Source: Candidatus Phoenicimicrobium oleiphilum (lineage in GTDB: Bacteria > Atribacterota > Phoenicimicrobiia > Phoenicimicrobiales > Phoenicimicrobiaceae). From it: DNA of 64,000 nt. Made by a program: the position numbers and the translations under genes. Shown in pieces: positions 20,180-31,017 of the stretch. The notes below the pieces were generated by a model that was given only the letters and a program-made list of their open reading frames with translations, was not told where the DNA came from and did not search any database. Position 1 is the first letter of the stretch, and every line of letters starts with the position of its first letter. Where the stretch lies: positions 16,289-80,288 of the forward strand of contig JBDIWJ010000003.1 in NCBI GenBank assembly GCA_039638295.1, given 5' to 3'.

Positions 20180-22563
20180 AAGATTTATCTTCAAATAACC
20201 AACACAATAAAATCAGACCTTTATTTGTAATTCTATTCTTATATATTATTGGGACAGTCTTTGGGAAATTTATTTATTTTAATTTAATTTTCCTATATAT
20301 TGTTATTACATTATTATTGATCATCACTCTTATAAGTTTTTTAAAGCAGTGGAATATCACCACTGCTTTATTATTTTTAATAATAATTTTAATTGGGATA
20401 TTTAATTATAATCTAAATTCTAAGCCACCTGGTAATAACCATATAATTAATTTTGTTGAGGATAAAAAATTAAATATTTTCGGAACAGTGTTAGAAAAAG
20501 AATATTATCCTGAGCAGGAAAAGTATTCTCTTAAATTTAGAGTAAGTCAAATTGAAAGAGAAGAGAAGAAGAGGAAGGCAAAGGGTATATCATTAGTAAA
20601 TATATATACCGGAAATTGCCCTTATGAATATGGAGATGTGCTAAGAATTCAAGGAAGATTGGTTAAACCCATTGCCAAGAATAATTATGGAGAATTTGAC
20701 TATGAATTATATTTAGCCCAAAAAAGAATTTTCACTTATATAAATATATGGCAGGATAAAGATATCCAAAAAATTGGAGAAGAAAGAATGAACCTATTGA
20801 TATCTTTTTCTGTTTATGTGAGAAATAAAATAAAAAGTATAATAGGAAACCTTATTGATTCTCCTTATGATTCTCTACTAATCGGTATGTTATTAGGGGA
20901 AAAAACTTACCTCCCATCAGAGGTAAAAGATGTTTTTATCGAATCAGGAATAATGCATATATTGGCAATTTCTGGTTTACATATCGGAATAATTGTTTTT
21001 GCCCTATTTATTTTTTTTAATTTTCTCCATATTCCAAAACGGATAAAAATAATTTCCATAATAGTAATATTAATTATGTATGCTTCAATTACTGGATTTC
21101 GTCCTTCTGTAGTCCGAGCTTCTATTATGTTTTCTTTATTAATAATAGGAAAATTAATAAACAGGAGAAGGAATCTTTACACTTCTCTTTTCCTGGCAGC
21201 TTTAATAATTTTATTGATAAACCCATTAATACTTTATGATGCTGGGTTCTTATTGTCCTTTGTAGTTACATTTTTTATAATATATCTATCTCCAATTTTT
21301 CAGGAATTATTTTTTAGAATTACAGATTGGATTAGAAAACCTTTGTCAGTTTCCATAGCTGCTTGGTTAGGGATTTTTCCACTTTCTGCTTATTTTTTCT
21401 ATAAAGTATCATTAATTGCCATTATTACTAATATAGTAATTGTTCCCCTTGCTGGTATAGCAGTGATATTAGGATTTATAATATTTTTTATTGGGTTAAT
21501 TAGTATCCCTTTAGCTGACTTAATTGCAAACCTTAATTATTATGTTTTAATGTTGATTTCTCTATTAGCTAAATTTTTTTCCTCTTTCCCTTTTTCTTAT
21601 GTATATACTGCACAACCTTCCATCATATCTATTTTTCTATACTATTCATTGATATTTCTCGTTATAGAAATATTTTATCGAAAAATATTTCCGGTAAAAT
21701 ATAAAATTAAATTTATTATTTTAACATTATCTGCAGTATTGATTGTCATCATAGTTCAAATATTTTACCCCGTAGATAATCTTAAAGTTAATTTTATCAA
21801 TGTAGGTGAAGGAGATTGTATCTTAATTGAAGCTCCTAAAAAATATAGTATTATAATAGATGGGGGAGGGTCACCTCGAAGCTCTTTTGATGTGGGGGAT
21901 AAAGTTGTAGTACCATACTTAAGGAGAAAAGGGATAGATAAGATTAATCTTTTAATATTAACTCATCCTCATTTAGACCATTTAGAAGGATTATTGCCTA
22001 TATTAAAGGAATTTAAAGTTGATATGGTTTTAGATAGTGGATTAATTTGTAATATACCAGAGTATAAAGAATTTATTTCAATAATTAAAGATAAAAATAT
22101 ACCTTATCATCAGGCTAAAGCCGGTGACAATTTCATTTTTGGTAGAAATTTAGAAATGCTTTTACTTAATCCTCTAAATAATTATGATTGTTATGAGGAA
22201 TCAGATTTTAATAATGCTTCAATTGTGATAAAATTATTCTATAAAAATTCAAAATTTCTTTTTACCGGAGATATCGAAAAGGAAGCTGAAAAAAGAATGT
22301 TAATCTGGCAAAATATTTTAAAGAGTGATATCTTAAAAGTTGCCCATCATGGAAGTTTAAGTTCTACCAGCTTAGAGTTTTTAAATGAAGTTGACCCTAT
22401 TATTGCAGTTATTTCTGTTGGTAAAAATAATTTTGGACATCCTTCCCCGAAAATTATTGAAAGATTGCAGGATAAAAATATTAAAATATATCGTACAGAT
22501 GAGAATGGTACAATAATTATAAGAACTGATGGCAAAAAATATTTTGTAAAAACATTGAGGTAA
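20167..22563 (+). CDS. comEC: DNA internalization competence protein ComEC/Rec2
   Basis: 798 aa polytopic membrane protein with a competence domain and a C-terminal metallo-beta-lactamase motif (ILTHPHLDHLEGL). The TTG start overlaps the comEA end. Confidence 0.88.
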   Translation: MCPIKDLSSNNQHNKIRPLFVILFLYIIGTVFGKFIYFNLIFLYIVITLLLIITLISFLKQWNITTALLFLIIILIGIFNYNLNSKPPGNNHIINFVEDKKLNIFGTVLEKEYYPEQEKYSLKFRVSQIEREEKKRKAKGISLVNIYTGNCPYEYGDVLRIQGRLVKPIAKNNYGEFDYELYLAQKRIFTYINIWQDKDIQKIGEERMNLLISFSVYVRNKIKSIIGNLIDSPYDSLLIGMLLGEKTYLPSEVKDVFIESGIMHILAISGLHIGIIVFALFIFFNFLHIPKRIKIISIIVILIMYASITGFRPSVVRASIMFSLLIIGKLINRRRNLYTSLFLAALIILLINPLILYDAGFLLSFVVTFFIIYLSPIFQELFFRITDWIRKPLSVSIAAWLGIFPLSAYFFYKVSLIAIITNIVIVPLAGIAVILGFIIFFIGLISIPLADLIANLNYYVLMLISLLAKFFSSFPFSYVYTAQPSIISIFLYYSLIFLVIEIFYRKIFPVKYKIKFIILTLSAVLIVIIVQIFYPVDNLKVNFINVGEGDCILIEAPKKYSIIIDGGGSPRSSFDVGDKVVVPYLRRKGIDKINLLILTHPHLDHLEGLLPILKEFKVDMVLDSGLICNIPEYKEFISIIKDKNIPYHQAKAGDNFIFGRNLEMLLLNPLNNYDCYEESDFNNASIVIKLFYKNSKFLFTGDIEKEAEKRMLIWQNILKSDILKVAHHGSLSSTSLEFLNEVDPIIAVISVGKNNFGHPSPKIIERLQDKNIKIYRTDENGTIIIRTDGKKYFVKTLR

Positions 22564-22573
22564 AACGATAAAA

Positions 22574-23599
22574 ATGAACCAGGAAAATTATTTAGATTAC
22601 GAAAGAATATTAAATCATATAAAAAAAGAAAATATTCGTCCTATTTATTTATTTTTTGGAGGTGAAAACTATTTAAAAGAAAATATTTTAAATAAATTTA
22701 GAGAAAAATTGATCAATCCTAACCAAAGAGAATTAAATTATAAAGTATTTTATGGTGAGAAATGTTCGATAAGTGAAATAATAAATGAGATGGAAACAAT
22801 TCCTTTTATATCTAAATATAAATTAGTAGTAATAAAAGAAGCAGAAAAAATTGCCCAAACAGATGAAGTAAAATTGATAGATTATTTAAATCGATTTAGT
22901 TTAAGTAATAATTTTTCTATACTAATACTAATATATAAAGAAAATGCTCCAGATAAAGAAATAATTAAGGCAGTTAAAAGGATAGGTTTAATAGTTAATT
23001 TTAATGTTCCAGATAAATCTAAATTAATTCTATGGACAAAGGCTAAATTTCGTCAAAGTAATAAAGAAATTACTCCAGAAGCTTTATTTTATTTACAATC
23101 TTATGTTGGTTCTGATTTGGGGTATCTTTTTAATGAAATAGAAAAAATAGATATTTGTACCAAAGATAAAAAGGTAATAGAGAAGGAAGATGTTGTTGCT
23201 GCTATAGGTGGCTCAGAATCTGTTAATATATTCAAGGTTTTAGATTCTTTAGGCGAAAAAAAGTCAAATAGTGCAATAGATGGATTAGTAAAATTAGATA
23301 ATAGTAATCTTCATTATTTGTCTATACTTGCAATGATTTACAGGCAAATAAGACTTATATTCCATACAAAATTATTGCTTTTAAGTGGGGCTGATTTTAA
23401 TCAAATAAGAAAAGAATTAAAAATACCTTCTTTTATTGTTGAAAAAATAGCAAAACAATCGAAAAAATATACTATTAAGGAACTTTGCCAGGCTTATAAA
23501 TTATTAAATATTGCGGATTTGGAATTAAAAGATAGCCAGAAAAATCCACAAATTATTTTAGAAGAGTTGGTTATGAATATTATAAATCAGAATAAATAG
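22574..23599 (+). CDS. holA: DNA polymerase III delta subunit
   Basis: 341 aa starting IYLFFGGENYL... Downstream of comEC, as in Bacillus. Confidence 0.85.
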   Translation: MNQENYLDYERILNHIKKENIRPIYLFFGGENYLKENILNKFREKLINPNQRELNYKVFYGEKCSISEIINEMETIPFISKYKLVVIKEAEKIAQTDEVKLIDYLNRFSLSNNFSILILIYKENAPDKEIIKAVKRIGLIVNFNVPDKSKLILWTKAKFRQSNKEITPEALFYLQSYVGSDLGYLFNEIEKIDICTKDKKVIEKEDVVAAIGGSESVNIFKVLDSLGEKKSNSAIDGLVKLDNSNLHYLSILAMIYRQIRLIFHTKLLLLSGADFNQIRKELKIPSFIVEKIAKQSKKYTIKELCQAYKLLNIADLELKDSQKNPQIILEELVMNIINQNK

Positions 23600-23658
23600 T
23601 ATTTCGTATATCGTATATATTATATCGTGAAGAAAAATAGGAGTCAGAATCCAGAAAT

Positions 23659-23694
23659 GTCATTGCGAGCGAGCGTAGGGAGCGTGGTAATCTC
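23659..23694. repeat. 35-nt cattgcgag...aatctc repeat unit (copy 1)
   Basis: gtcattgcgagcgagcgtagggagcgtggtaatctc. About 85% identical to the units at 59182-59217 and 59229-59264. Confidence 0.8.
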
Positions 23695-23767
23695 AGAAAA
23701 TAGTGTGTAACAAGAAGCAGGTAGAATATAATAGTAATGTGTAATAAGTGATGAGTAATATGTAGTG

Positions 23768-23847
23768 GTTCGATTCATCGAACCCGCTAACGGTGGGGCA
23801 GGTTCTCGCCTGTCCGTAAAATAACTCGGGGCGGATAAATCCGCCCC
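23768..23847. repeat. cluster of GC-rich palindromes in the holA/rpsT convergent spacer
   Basis: ggttcgattcatcgaacc at 23768-23785. A degenerate ggcaggttctcgcctgtcc at 23797-23815. ggggcggataaatccgcccc at 23828-23847. The last one, with the following T-rich run on the - strand, is the likely rpsT terminator. Confidence 0.7.
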
Positions 23848-23903
23848 CTACGCTTAACAAATAAGAAGAATAACTATTGAATTAATGAATAATTTTGGAA
23901 ATA

Positions 23904-24383
23904 TTATTCACTTTTAGTTTCTGTTTTCTTCTTTACAGATTTTTTGGTTGATTTGGCTACTGTTTTTTTCGCAACTTTTGTGGTTTCTTTAGCTTTAGCT
24001 TTTTTAGTTGGTTTTGAAATCTTTTTGGCTACTGTTTTTTTTACTGTTTTTGTGGGTTCCTTTGCTATTGGTTTTTTCTCAGCTTCTGTTGTTTTTTCAA
24101 TTTCAGTCACCTGTGTAGGTTTGGTTAAAATATTTAATTTTTTTGACAATCTCGATTTTTTGCGAGAAGCAGCCCCTTTGGGCAGAATACCTTTGTCAAC
24201 AGCTTTATCCAGGCTTGAAACTGAATCTTTAAAATATTTAATAACATCGTTTTCATTTTTTTCTTCTAAGGCTAGATTGAATTTTTTTATATTTGTTTTT
24301 ATTTTGGATTTATATGTAATATTTCTTAAATGACTTTTTTCAGCAGTTTTTACTCTTTTTATTGCAGATTTTATTCTGGGCAT
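23904..24383 (-). CDS. rpsT: 30S ribosomal protein S20 with Lys/Ala-rich C-terminal extension
   Basis: The N-terminal ~85 aa (MPRIKSAIKRVKTAEKSHLRN...) is canonical S20. It is followed by a ~70-aa KKTVAKK-rich tail. Confidence 0.88.
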   Translation of the reverse strand: MPRIKSAIKRVKTAEKSHLRNITYKSKIKTNIKKFNLALEEKNENDVIKYFKDSVSSLDKAVDKGILPKGAASRKKSRLSKKLNILTKPTQVTEIEKTTEAEKKPIAKEPTKTVKKTVAKKISKPTKKAKAKETTKVAKKTVAKSTKKSVKKKTETKSE

Positions 24384-24506
24384 AATAACATCCTTTCGTT
24401 AATTTATTATTACTTGGTAAATTTTAACATTATTTTATTTGAAAATCAAGGCTAATCAGTATAGAGTATTGAGTATATAGATACTAAATACGAAAAAGGG
24501 AGATTA

Positions 24507-26075
24507 ATGGAGACAAAACATAAAATTGCTAAATATGCTGGAATAGTAATTATAGCAACCATATTTTGTAGAATATTAGGGTTAGGAAGAGAGATAGTAA
24601 TTTCTAATAAATTTGGTGCAAGTATCGAAACTGATGCCTTTTTTATTGCTTTTATGATTCCTAATTTGTTGAGAAGTTTTTTGGGAGAAGGTGCATTAAA
24701 TACAGCTTTTATACCTGTCTTTGCTGAATATCTAACTAATTATGATAGAAAAAAAGCAGAATACTTTGCCAGTAATGTTCTAAACATTTTAATATTAGTT
24801 TTAATAATAATTATAGTTTTGGGAATTTGGGGAGCACCATTATTAATTAATATAATTGCCATTGGTTTTAAAAGTAATATCTATAAATATGAATTAGCTG
24901 TAAATTTAACCCGATCTATGTTTCCTTATATTGGATTTGTAGCGATTGCTGCTCTATTTATGGGTATATTAAACTCTTATGATCATTTTCTGGTGCCAGC
25001 TTTGGCACCCGCAATGTTAAATATTTTTATTATAATTTTTGCTTTTGCCTTGAGCTTTCGATATGGAATTTACAGTTTAGCCCTGGGTGTAATTTTAGGG
25101 GGTATTGGTCAGGCATTAATACAAGTTCCAGTATTGATAAAAAAAAGAATAAAATATAAATTCATTGTAGATCTTAATGATGATGGAGTGAAAAAAATAT
25201 TTAAATTGTTACTTCCAGCTATGTTAGGATTGGCTATCACCCAGATTAATGTAGTGGTGGACAGGGCTATAGCCTCTAATTTAGTTGATGGAAGTATATC
25301 CGCTTTGTATTATGCAAATAGGTTAGTTCAATTTCCTTTAGGCGCTTTTGGTATAGCTATTTCCATTGCTATTTTCCCAACACTCTCTAAATATGCCGCT
25401 AAGGATAATATCTTTGAACTAAAAAAATCATTTTTATTTGGCTTAAGAATGTTGATATATATAACTATTCCTTCTGCGGTAGGGTTAATAGTTTTAAGAG
25501 GGTCTTTAATTCGTCTAATTTATGAACACGGTATTTTTAGCGAAATAGCTACCATTATGACTGCTAATGCTCTATTATATTATTCTATCGGGCTATTTGC
25601 TTATGCAAGTGTTCGACTAACTACTATGGTATTTTATGCTCTAAAAGATACTAAAACTCCAGTTAAAATTGGTATATTCATTGTATTTATAAATATTGCT
25701 CTTGATTTAATCTTAGTCAGATATTTAGCTCATTCAGGTTTAGCCCTAGCCACTTCAATAGCAGCTATAATAAATATGATTATTTTGTTAAAAGTTTTGC
25801 AGGATAAAATAGGTAGTGCTGAACTGGAAAGTCAAATATTATTTCTGTTGAAAATTATCGTAGCTTCGTTTGCTATGGGTATAAGTTGCATTTTGGTTAG
25901 TAATTTTTTAGGAAATATATTAGAATTATCTAATAAATTAAATCAAGTCATTCAAGTATTCATCCCGATTTTATGCGGTGGTATAATATATATAGTTAGC
26001 AGCTATTTATTGGGCATACAAGAAGTAAAGGATTTAAAACAAAATCTAAAAATAATCTTAAGTGGAAAGGCATAG
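24507..26075 (+). CDS. murJ: lipid II flippase MurJ (MviN)
   Basis: 522 aa protein of the MOP superfamily with about 14 TM segments. It starts MVN-like ([21 protein letters not shown]). Confidence 0.88.
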   Translation: METKHKIAKYAGIVIIATIFCRILGLGREIVISNKFGASIETDAFFIAFMIPNLLRSFLGEGALNTAFIPVFAEYLTNYDRKKAEYFASNVLNILILVLIIIIVLGIWGAPLLINIIAIGFKSNIYKYELAVNLTRSMFPYIGFVAIAALFMGILNSYDHFLVPALAPAMLNIFIIIFAFALSFRYGIYSLALGVILGGIGQALIQVPVLIKKRIKYKFIVDLNDDGVKKIFKLLLPAMLGLAITQINVVVDRAIASNLVDGSISALYYANRLVQFPLGAFGIAISIAIFPTLSKYAAKDNIFELKKSFLFGLRMLIYITIPSAVGLIVLRGSLIRLIYEHGIFSEIATIMTANALLYYSIGLFAYASVRLTTMVFYALKDTKTPVKIGIFIVFINIALDLILVRYLAHSGLALATSIAAIINMIILLKVLQDKIGSAELESQILFLLKIIVASFAMGISCILVSNFLGNILELSNKLNQVIQVFIPILCGGIIYIVSSYLLGIQEVKDLKQNLKIILSGKA

Positions 26076-26077
26076 AA

Positions 26078-27892
26078 ATGTTAAAAGATTGCCATATCGA
26101 TACAAAAAGAATAAGAAATTTTTCCATAATTGCGCACATTGATCATGGGAAATCTACAATTGCCGATAGACTATTAGAATATACTGGAACAATTTCAGAA
26201 AGAGAAAGAAAAGAACAAATATTAGATGATATGGAATTAGAAAGAGAAAAGGGTATAACTATTAAATCAAAAGCAGTAAGATTGCATTATCAGGCAAAAG
26301 ATGGCAATGAATACATTTTAAACTTAATTGATACTCCAGGACATGTTGATTTTTCCTATGAGGTCTCTCGAAGTCTTGCTGCTTGTGAAGGAGCCTTACT
26401 TATCGTTGATGCTTCTCAGGGTATACAAGCTCAAACTTTAGCCAATATTCATCTGGCTGTTAAAAATAATCTAAAAATAATACCTGTAATTAATAAGATA
26501 GACCTTTCTACCGCTAATCCAGAAAAAGTCATTCAAAACCTGAGAAATATTTCCGTGCTAAAAAAAGAAGAGATAATTTTAGCGAGTGCAAAGGAAGGAA
26601 TCGGGACCCAGAATATCCTTGAGGCAATTGTGCAAAAAATACCTCATCCACCAGGAAAACTAAATCTCCCTTTACGGGCACTTATATTTGATTCGGTTTA
26701 CAACCCTTATCAGGGAACAATTGTATACCTCAAAATTGTGGATGGAATTATAAAACCTGGAATGATTATAAAAACTATGTCTAACGAAAAAAAATATGAA
26801 GTTGCAGAAGTAGGAATTTTTCGCCCTAAAATGCAACCGACAAATAAACTTATTGCTGGTGAGGTTGGATATATAAAGGCTGGGTTTAAAAACATTAAAG
26901 ATACTCGAGTAGGAGATACTATCACTGATTTTTCTAATCCTGCAAAAAGAAGCCTTCCTGGATATAAAAAAATAAACCCTTTGGTTTTTTGTAGTATTTA
27001 TCCTGTCGATAATAAAGATTACGAAAATCTCAAGGCGGCTTTAGATAAATTAAAACTAAATGATTCTTCTCTATTTAGTGAACCTGAGACATCACAAGCT
27101 CTGGGTTTTGGTTTCAGATGTGGATTTTTAGGATTATTGCATATGGAAATTATTCAAGAAAGGTTAGAAAGGGAATATAATATTAATTTAATTGCTACGA
27201 CCCCTACTGTAATGTATCAGATTACCAGAAAAGATGGAAAAATTATTAAAATAAGCAATCCTTCTTCTTTTCCTTTAAAAACTGAGATAGAAAAGATTGA
27301 AGAACCATATGTAAAGGTAGATATCATTACTCCCAGTCAATATATTGGGGGAATTATGGATTTAGTACAGGACAGAAGAGGAATTTTTAAAAATATGGAG
27401 TACATAGATGAAACAAGAGCGAAATTAAATTATGAATTACCTTTAAATGAGATTGTTTTAGATTTTTATGATAAATTAAAGTCCAGAAGTAGTGGATATG
27501 CGTCATTAGATTATGAATTTGCAGGATATAAACAATCTGATTTAATTAAAGTAGATATATTAGTTAATCATGAGTTAGTAGATGCCTTATCCTTTATTGT
27601 TCATAAAGATAAAGCCTACTCCCGCGCTAAAAAGATAGTAGAAAAATTAAAAGAGATTATTCCTCGCCAATTATATGAAGTACCAATTCAAGCAACAATT
27701 GAACGGAAAATTATTGCTCGAGAAACAATAAGAGCATTAAAAAAAGATGTTATAGCTAAATGTTATGGGGGCGATATTACCCGCAAAAGAAAACTCCTGG
27801 AAAAACAAAAAGCTGGTAAAAAGAGGATGAAAAAATTAGGAAGAGTAGATATTCCTCAAGAGGCATTTCTGGGAATATTGAAAATTGATTAG
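26078..27892 (+). CDS. lepA: translation elongation factor 4 (LepA)
   Basis: 604 aa with GTPase motifs AHIDHGKST and DTPGHVDF, plus the LepA C-terminal domain. Confidence 0.95.
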   Translation: MLKDCHIDTKRIRNFSIIAHIDHGKSTIADRLLEYTGTISERERKEQILDDMELEREKGITIKSKAVRLHYQAKDGNEYILNLIDTPGHVDFSYEVSRSLAACEGALLIVDASQGIQAQTLANIHLAVKNNLKIIPVINKIDLSTANPEKVIQNLRNISVLKKEEIILASAKEGIGTQNILEAIVQKIPHPPGKLNLPLRALIFDSVYNPYQGTIVYLKIVDGIIKPGMIIKTMSNEKKYEVAEVGIFRPKMQPTNKLIAGEVGYIKAGFKNIKDTRVGDTITDFSNPAKRSLPGYKKINPLVFCSIYPVDNKDYENLKAALDKLKLNDSSLFSEPETSQALGFGFRCGFLGLLHMEIIQERLEREYNINLIATTPTVMYQITRKDGKIIKISNPSSFPLKTEIEKIEEPYVKVDIITPSQYIGGIMDLVQDRRGIFKNMEYIDETRAKLNYELPLNEIVLDFYDKLKSRSSGYASLDYEFAGYKQSDLIKVDILVNHELVDALSFIVHKDKAYSRAKKIVEKLKEIIPRQLYEVPIQATIERKIIARETIRALKKDVIAKCYGGDITRKRKLLEKQKAGKKRMKKLGRVDIPQEAFLGILKID

Positions 27893-27902
27893 GTGATTAC
27901 AA

Positions 27903-29039
27903 ATGGATATAGGATTATACTTACACTTTCCTTTTTGTAAATCAAAATGCTTTTACTGTGATTTTAATTCTTATCCTTTAAAAGACGATAAAGAGGTTTT
28001 ACCCTATATTTGCTCTTTGCATAAGGAAATTACTATATATTCTAAAAAATTAAAGAATGTTACCCTAAAGACAATATATTTGGGAGGTGGCACTCCTACC
28101 ATTTTATCAGGAGAATTAATTGGTAATATTATAAATTTTTGTAAAAATAATTTTAATTTAGCTCGGAATATTGAAATAACTATAGAAGCAAACCCAGGAA
28201 CGGTTGATAAAGAAAAATTGGAGATTATATTATCTTCAGGAGCAAATAGATTAAGTTTGGGAGCACAGAGCTTTAATGATTATTTGTTGAAAAAACTGGG
28301 TAGAATCCATACTGCTCAAGATATTATACACTCTTATTATCAAGCCCGTGAATCAGGGTTTAATAATATTAATATAGATATTATGTTTGCGTTACCCGAT
28401 CAAACATTACTCGATTTTCAAAATACGATTAAAAAAGCTGTATCTTTAAGACCAGATCATTTATCTTTATACAACTTGACCATTGAAAAAGGTACAGTAT
28501 TTTTTAATTATTATAAACAAGGCATTCTAAATCTTCCTGGTGAAGATTTAGAATATGAAATGTATAATTGGGCAATAAAATATTTAAAAAAGAATAATTT
28601 TGAGCATTATGAAATATCCAATTTTGCACTTCCTTCAAAACGGTCGGTTCACAATCAAATTTATTGGAATAATCAACCTTATTTAGGAATAGGCGCAGGC
28701 GCTACTTCTTATATCGATGGTTATCGTTATATGAATTATAAAGATCCGAAAATATATATCAAAGAGATTAAGAACGATAAATTACCAATAGAACAAGGAG
28801 AAAAATTAACTCTACGTAAAAGAATGATAGAAACGATAATTTTAAATTTGAGAACTAAAGATGGAGTAATTTACCAGAAATTTTATGATCAATTTAGAAT
28901 GGAATTGGATAAAGTATTTAATAAGTCTATAAATAAATTGATTGATTTGGGATTATTAAGAAAAGATAATTATAAAATTCAACTTACCCCGAAAGGATTA
29001 TTTCTTGCTAACTATGTTTTTAGAGAATTTATTGATTAA
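27903..29039 (+). CDS. hemW: radical SAM heme chaperone HemW (coproporphyrinogen III oxidase-like)
   Basis: CxxxCxxC motif (FPFCKSKCFYCDF) plus the HemN C-terminal domain. Confidence 0.85.
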   Translation: MDIGLYLHFPFCKSKCFYCDFNSYPLKDDKEVLPYICSLHKEITIYSKKLKNVTLKTIYLGGGTPTILSGELIGNIINFCKNNFNLARNIEITIEANPGTVDKEKLEIILSSGANRLSLGAQSFNDYLLKKLGRIHTAQDIIHSYYQARESGFNNINIDIMFALPDQTLLDFQNTIKKAVSLRPDHLSLYNLTIEKGTVFFNYYKQGILNLPGEDLEYEMYNWAIKYLKKNNFEHYEISNFALPSKRSVHNQIYWNNQPYLGIGAGATSYIDGYRYMNYKDPKIYIKEIKNDKLPIEQGEKLTLRKRMIETIILNLRTKDGVIYQKFYDQFRMELDKVFNKSINKLIDLGLLRKDNYKIQLTPKGLFLANYVFREFID

Positions 29040-29218
29040 TTAGATTAGTATCTCGTATCCCCGTTTTCACGGCGATAAGTCTCGTGAAGAAAATTAGAAA
29101 TTAAACGTAGGGGCACAATGTATCGCGCCCTCAAAAGCTGTATCCTTGTCCAACTAACGACTATATTATTTAGCAAATTGGTGAATAGGTGAATAGAAAA
29201 TTTATTTTCTTGAAACAT

Positions 29219-29247
29219 CTTGACAAATTAATTATATGGTGATATCT
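29219..29247 (+). promoter_or_regulatory. putative sigma-70 promoter of the hrcA operon
   Basis: TTGACA (29219-29224), a 17-nt spacer, then TATCTT. Confidence 0.5.
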
Positions 29248-29259
29248 TATTTAGGGTAA

Positions 29260-29286
29260 TTAGCACTCTCAAGGGGAGAGTGCTAA
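29260..29286 (+). promoter_or_regulatory. CIRCE operator (HrcA binding site)
   Basis: Perfect TTAGCACTC-N9-GAGTGCTAA inverted repeat. Confidence 0.9.
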
Positions 29287-29300
29287 AAAAGGTGAAGAAA

Positions 29301-30332
29301 ATGGAACTAAATGAAAGAATGAAAACGATATTAGCAGCAGTAATACATAGGTATATTACTACTGCTGAACCAGTTAGTTCAAGTATAATTGCTGAAAAAT
29401 ATGATTTGAATCTCAGCACAGCAACCATAAGACACGAGATGAATTTACTAGAGAAATATGATTACTTGTGGCAACCTCACACTTCAGCTGGTAGAATTCC
29501 TACTGATAAAGGTTATAGGTTTTATGTAGATAATTTGATGAAAAAGACTTATTTAAAAGAAAATGAGAAGGAGCAAATTTCTCATATTTATAAAAAAAGC
29601 AAAGAGTTTGAAGAAACTATGAAAATAACTTCACAATTACTATCAAAATTAACAAATAATATAGGAGTGGTGTTGGAGCCAAGTATTTTAAGCAATTCAA
29701 TTAAACATATTCAATTTATTCCGGTAGGGAATAACCGTATCTTGGTATTAATGATTACCTATACAGGATTGGTCTACCAAAAATTAATAACTTTGTCTGG
29801 AGAAATTGAAAAAGACAATTTGAACTATCTATCTAATATTATAAATATAAAATTACAAAAAAAAGAGATAAATCTTGTAAATTTATATAATATATTAAAA
29901 AAAGAACTTAATAGAATTATTGAATTTCAAGAAAGATTTAATTATATTAATAATTTTATTGAAGATTGCTTAAATACAAAATATTTTAGTGGTAAAATAT
30001 ATTTAAATGGCCGAATTAATATAATGAAGCAGCCAGAATTTAGAGAAACTGGTAAATTGAATTATCTTTTATCTTTTGTAGAAAAAGAAAATATTTTAGC
30101 CGAGACAATTAGAAAATACCTATTATTTGAAAATACCAAAGTAATTATTGGGAGAGAAAATAGGCAAAAAGAAATACAAAATTGTAGTATAATTGCGAGA
30201 AAGTACAATATTAAAGGGAAACCTGCTGGGGCAATTGGTATATTAGGACCAACTCGAATGAATTATCCTCGAATGATTTCGATTGTAGAATACATTTCTG
30301 AAAAATTGAGTGAAATATTATCTGAATTTTAA
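29301..30332 (+). CDS. hrcA: heat-inducible transcription repressor HrcA
   Basis: MELNERMKTILAAVIHRYITTAEPVSS... The ATG at 29301 has AAGGTGA 6 nt upstream. The ORF-track GTG at 29280 lies inside CIRCE. Confidence 0.9.
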   Translation: MELNERMKTILAAVIHRYITTAEPVSSSIIAEKYDLNLSTATIRHEMNLLEKYDYLWQPHTSAGRIPTDKGYRFYVDNLMKKTYLKENEKEQISHIYKKSKEFEETMKITSQLLSKLTNNIGVVLEPSILSNSIKHIQFIPVGNNRILVLMITYTGLVYQKLITLSGEIEKDNLNYLSNIINIKLQKKEINLVNLYNILKKELNRIIEFQERFNYINNFIEDCLNTKYFSGKIYLNGRINIMKQPEFRETGKLNYLLSFVEKENILAETIRKYLLFENTKVIIGRENRQKEIQNCSIIARKYNIKGKPAGAIGILGPTRMNYPRMISIVEYISEKLSEILSEF

Positions 30333-30393
30333 GAATATATATTTCTTGGAGGGTTGAAAATAGTCGATAAAGGGAATTATCAAAAATTATAAA

Positions 30394-30981
30394 ATGGTGA
30401 TAAAAATGGATGATAAAGAATATAAAAAAGCTAAAAAAGATGAATTGATTCAAAAATTAAAAGAAAAAGATGAATTGATCAAGAAATTAGAAGAAAAATT
30501 ATTAGAAACCGAGAAGATAGCACAACAAAAAGAAAATTTATCTAAGGAATATCTGGAGCATCTGAAAAGGTTACAAGCTGATTTCGAAAATTATAAGAAA
30601 CGTGAAGAAAAAAAGAAGAAAGAGTTTATAGAATTTGCTAATGAAGAACTATTAAATAATTTATTAACTGTTGTTGATAATTTGGAAAGGGCTTTAGATT
30701 CTACCAAAAGTGAGAATAACGTAGAAGCAATAAAGCAAGGAATCAATAATATCTTAAAAGACTTTTACAATATCTTAAACAAAGAAGGGGTTAAACCTAT
30801 AAAAGCAAGAGGGCATAAGTTTGACCCTTATAAACACGAAGCAGTAATGACTGTTGAAACTGATCAATATCCTGAAGATACGATAACTGAAGAGCTTCGA
30901 AAGGGTTATTATTTTAAATCAAAAATATTAAGGCCTGCAATGGTAAAAGTTGCAGTTTCTATTAAGAAAAATAATAAATAG
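30394..30981 (+). CDS. grpE: nucleotide exchange factor GrpE
   Basis: 195 aa with a coiled-coil N-terminus and the GrpE signature (LQADFENYKKR...). Confidence 0.92.
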   Translation: MVIKMDDKEYKKAKKDELIQKLKEKDELIKKLEEKLLETEKIAQQKENLSKEYLEHLKRLQADFENYKKREEKKKKEFIEFANEELLNNLLTVVDNLERALDSTKSENNVEAIKQGINNILKDFYNILNKEGVKPIKARGHKFDPYKHEAVMTVETDQYPEDTITEELRKGYYFKSKILRPAMVKVAVSIKKNNK

Positions 30982-31017
30982 TTTAAATCAATTATTTAAA
31001 TAAGGAGGGAATTTGCT

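Noticed and set aside
23944-24333. 129-aa + strand ORF antisense to rpsT
   Set aside because: It is the mirror of the Lys-rich S20 tail, which gives a Phe-rich translation, and rpsT itself is strongly supported.
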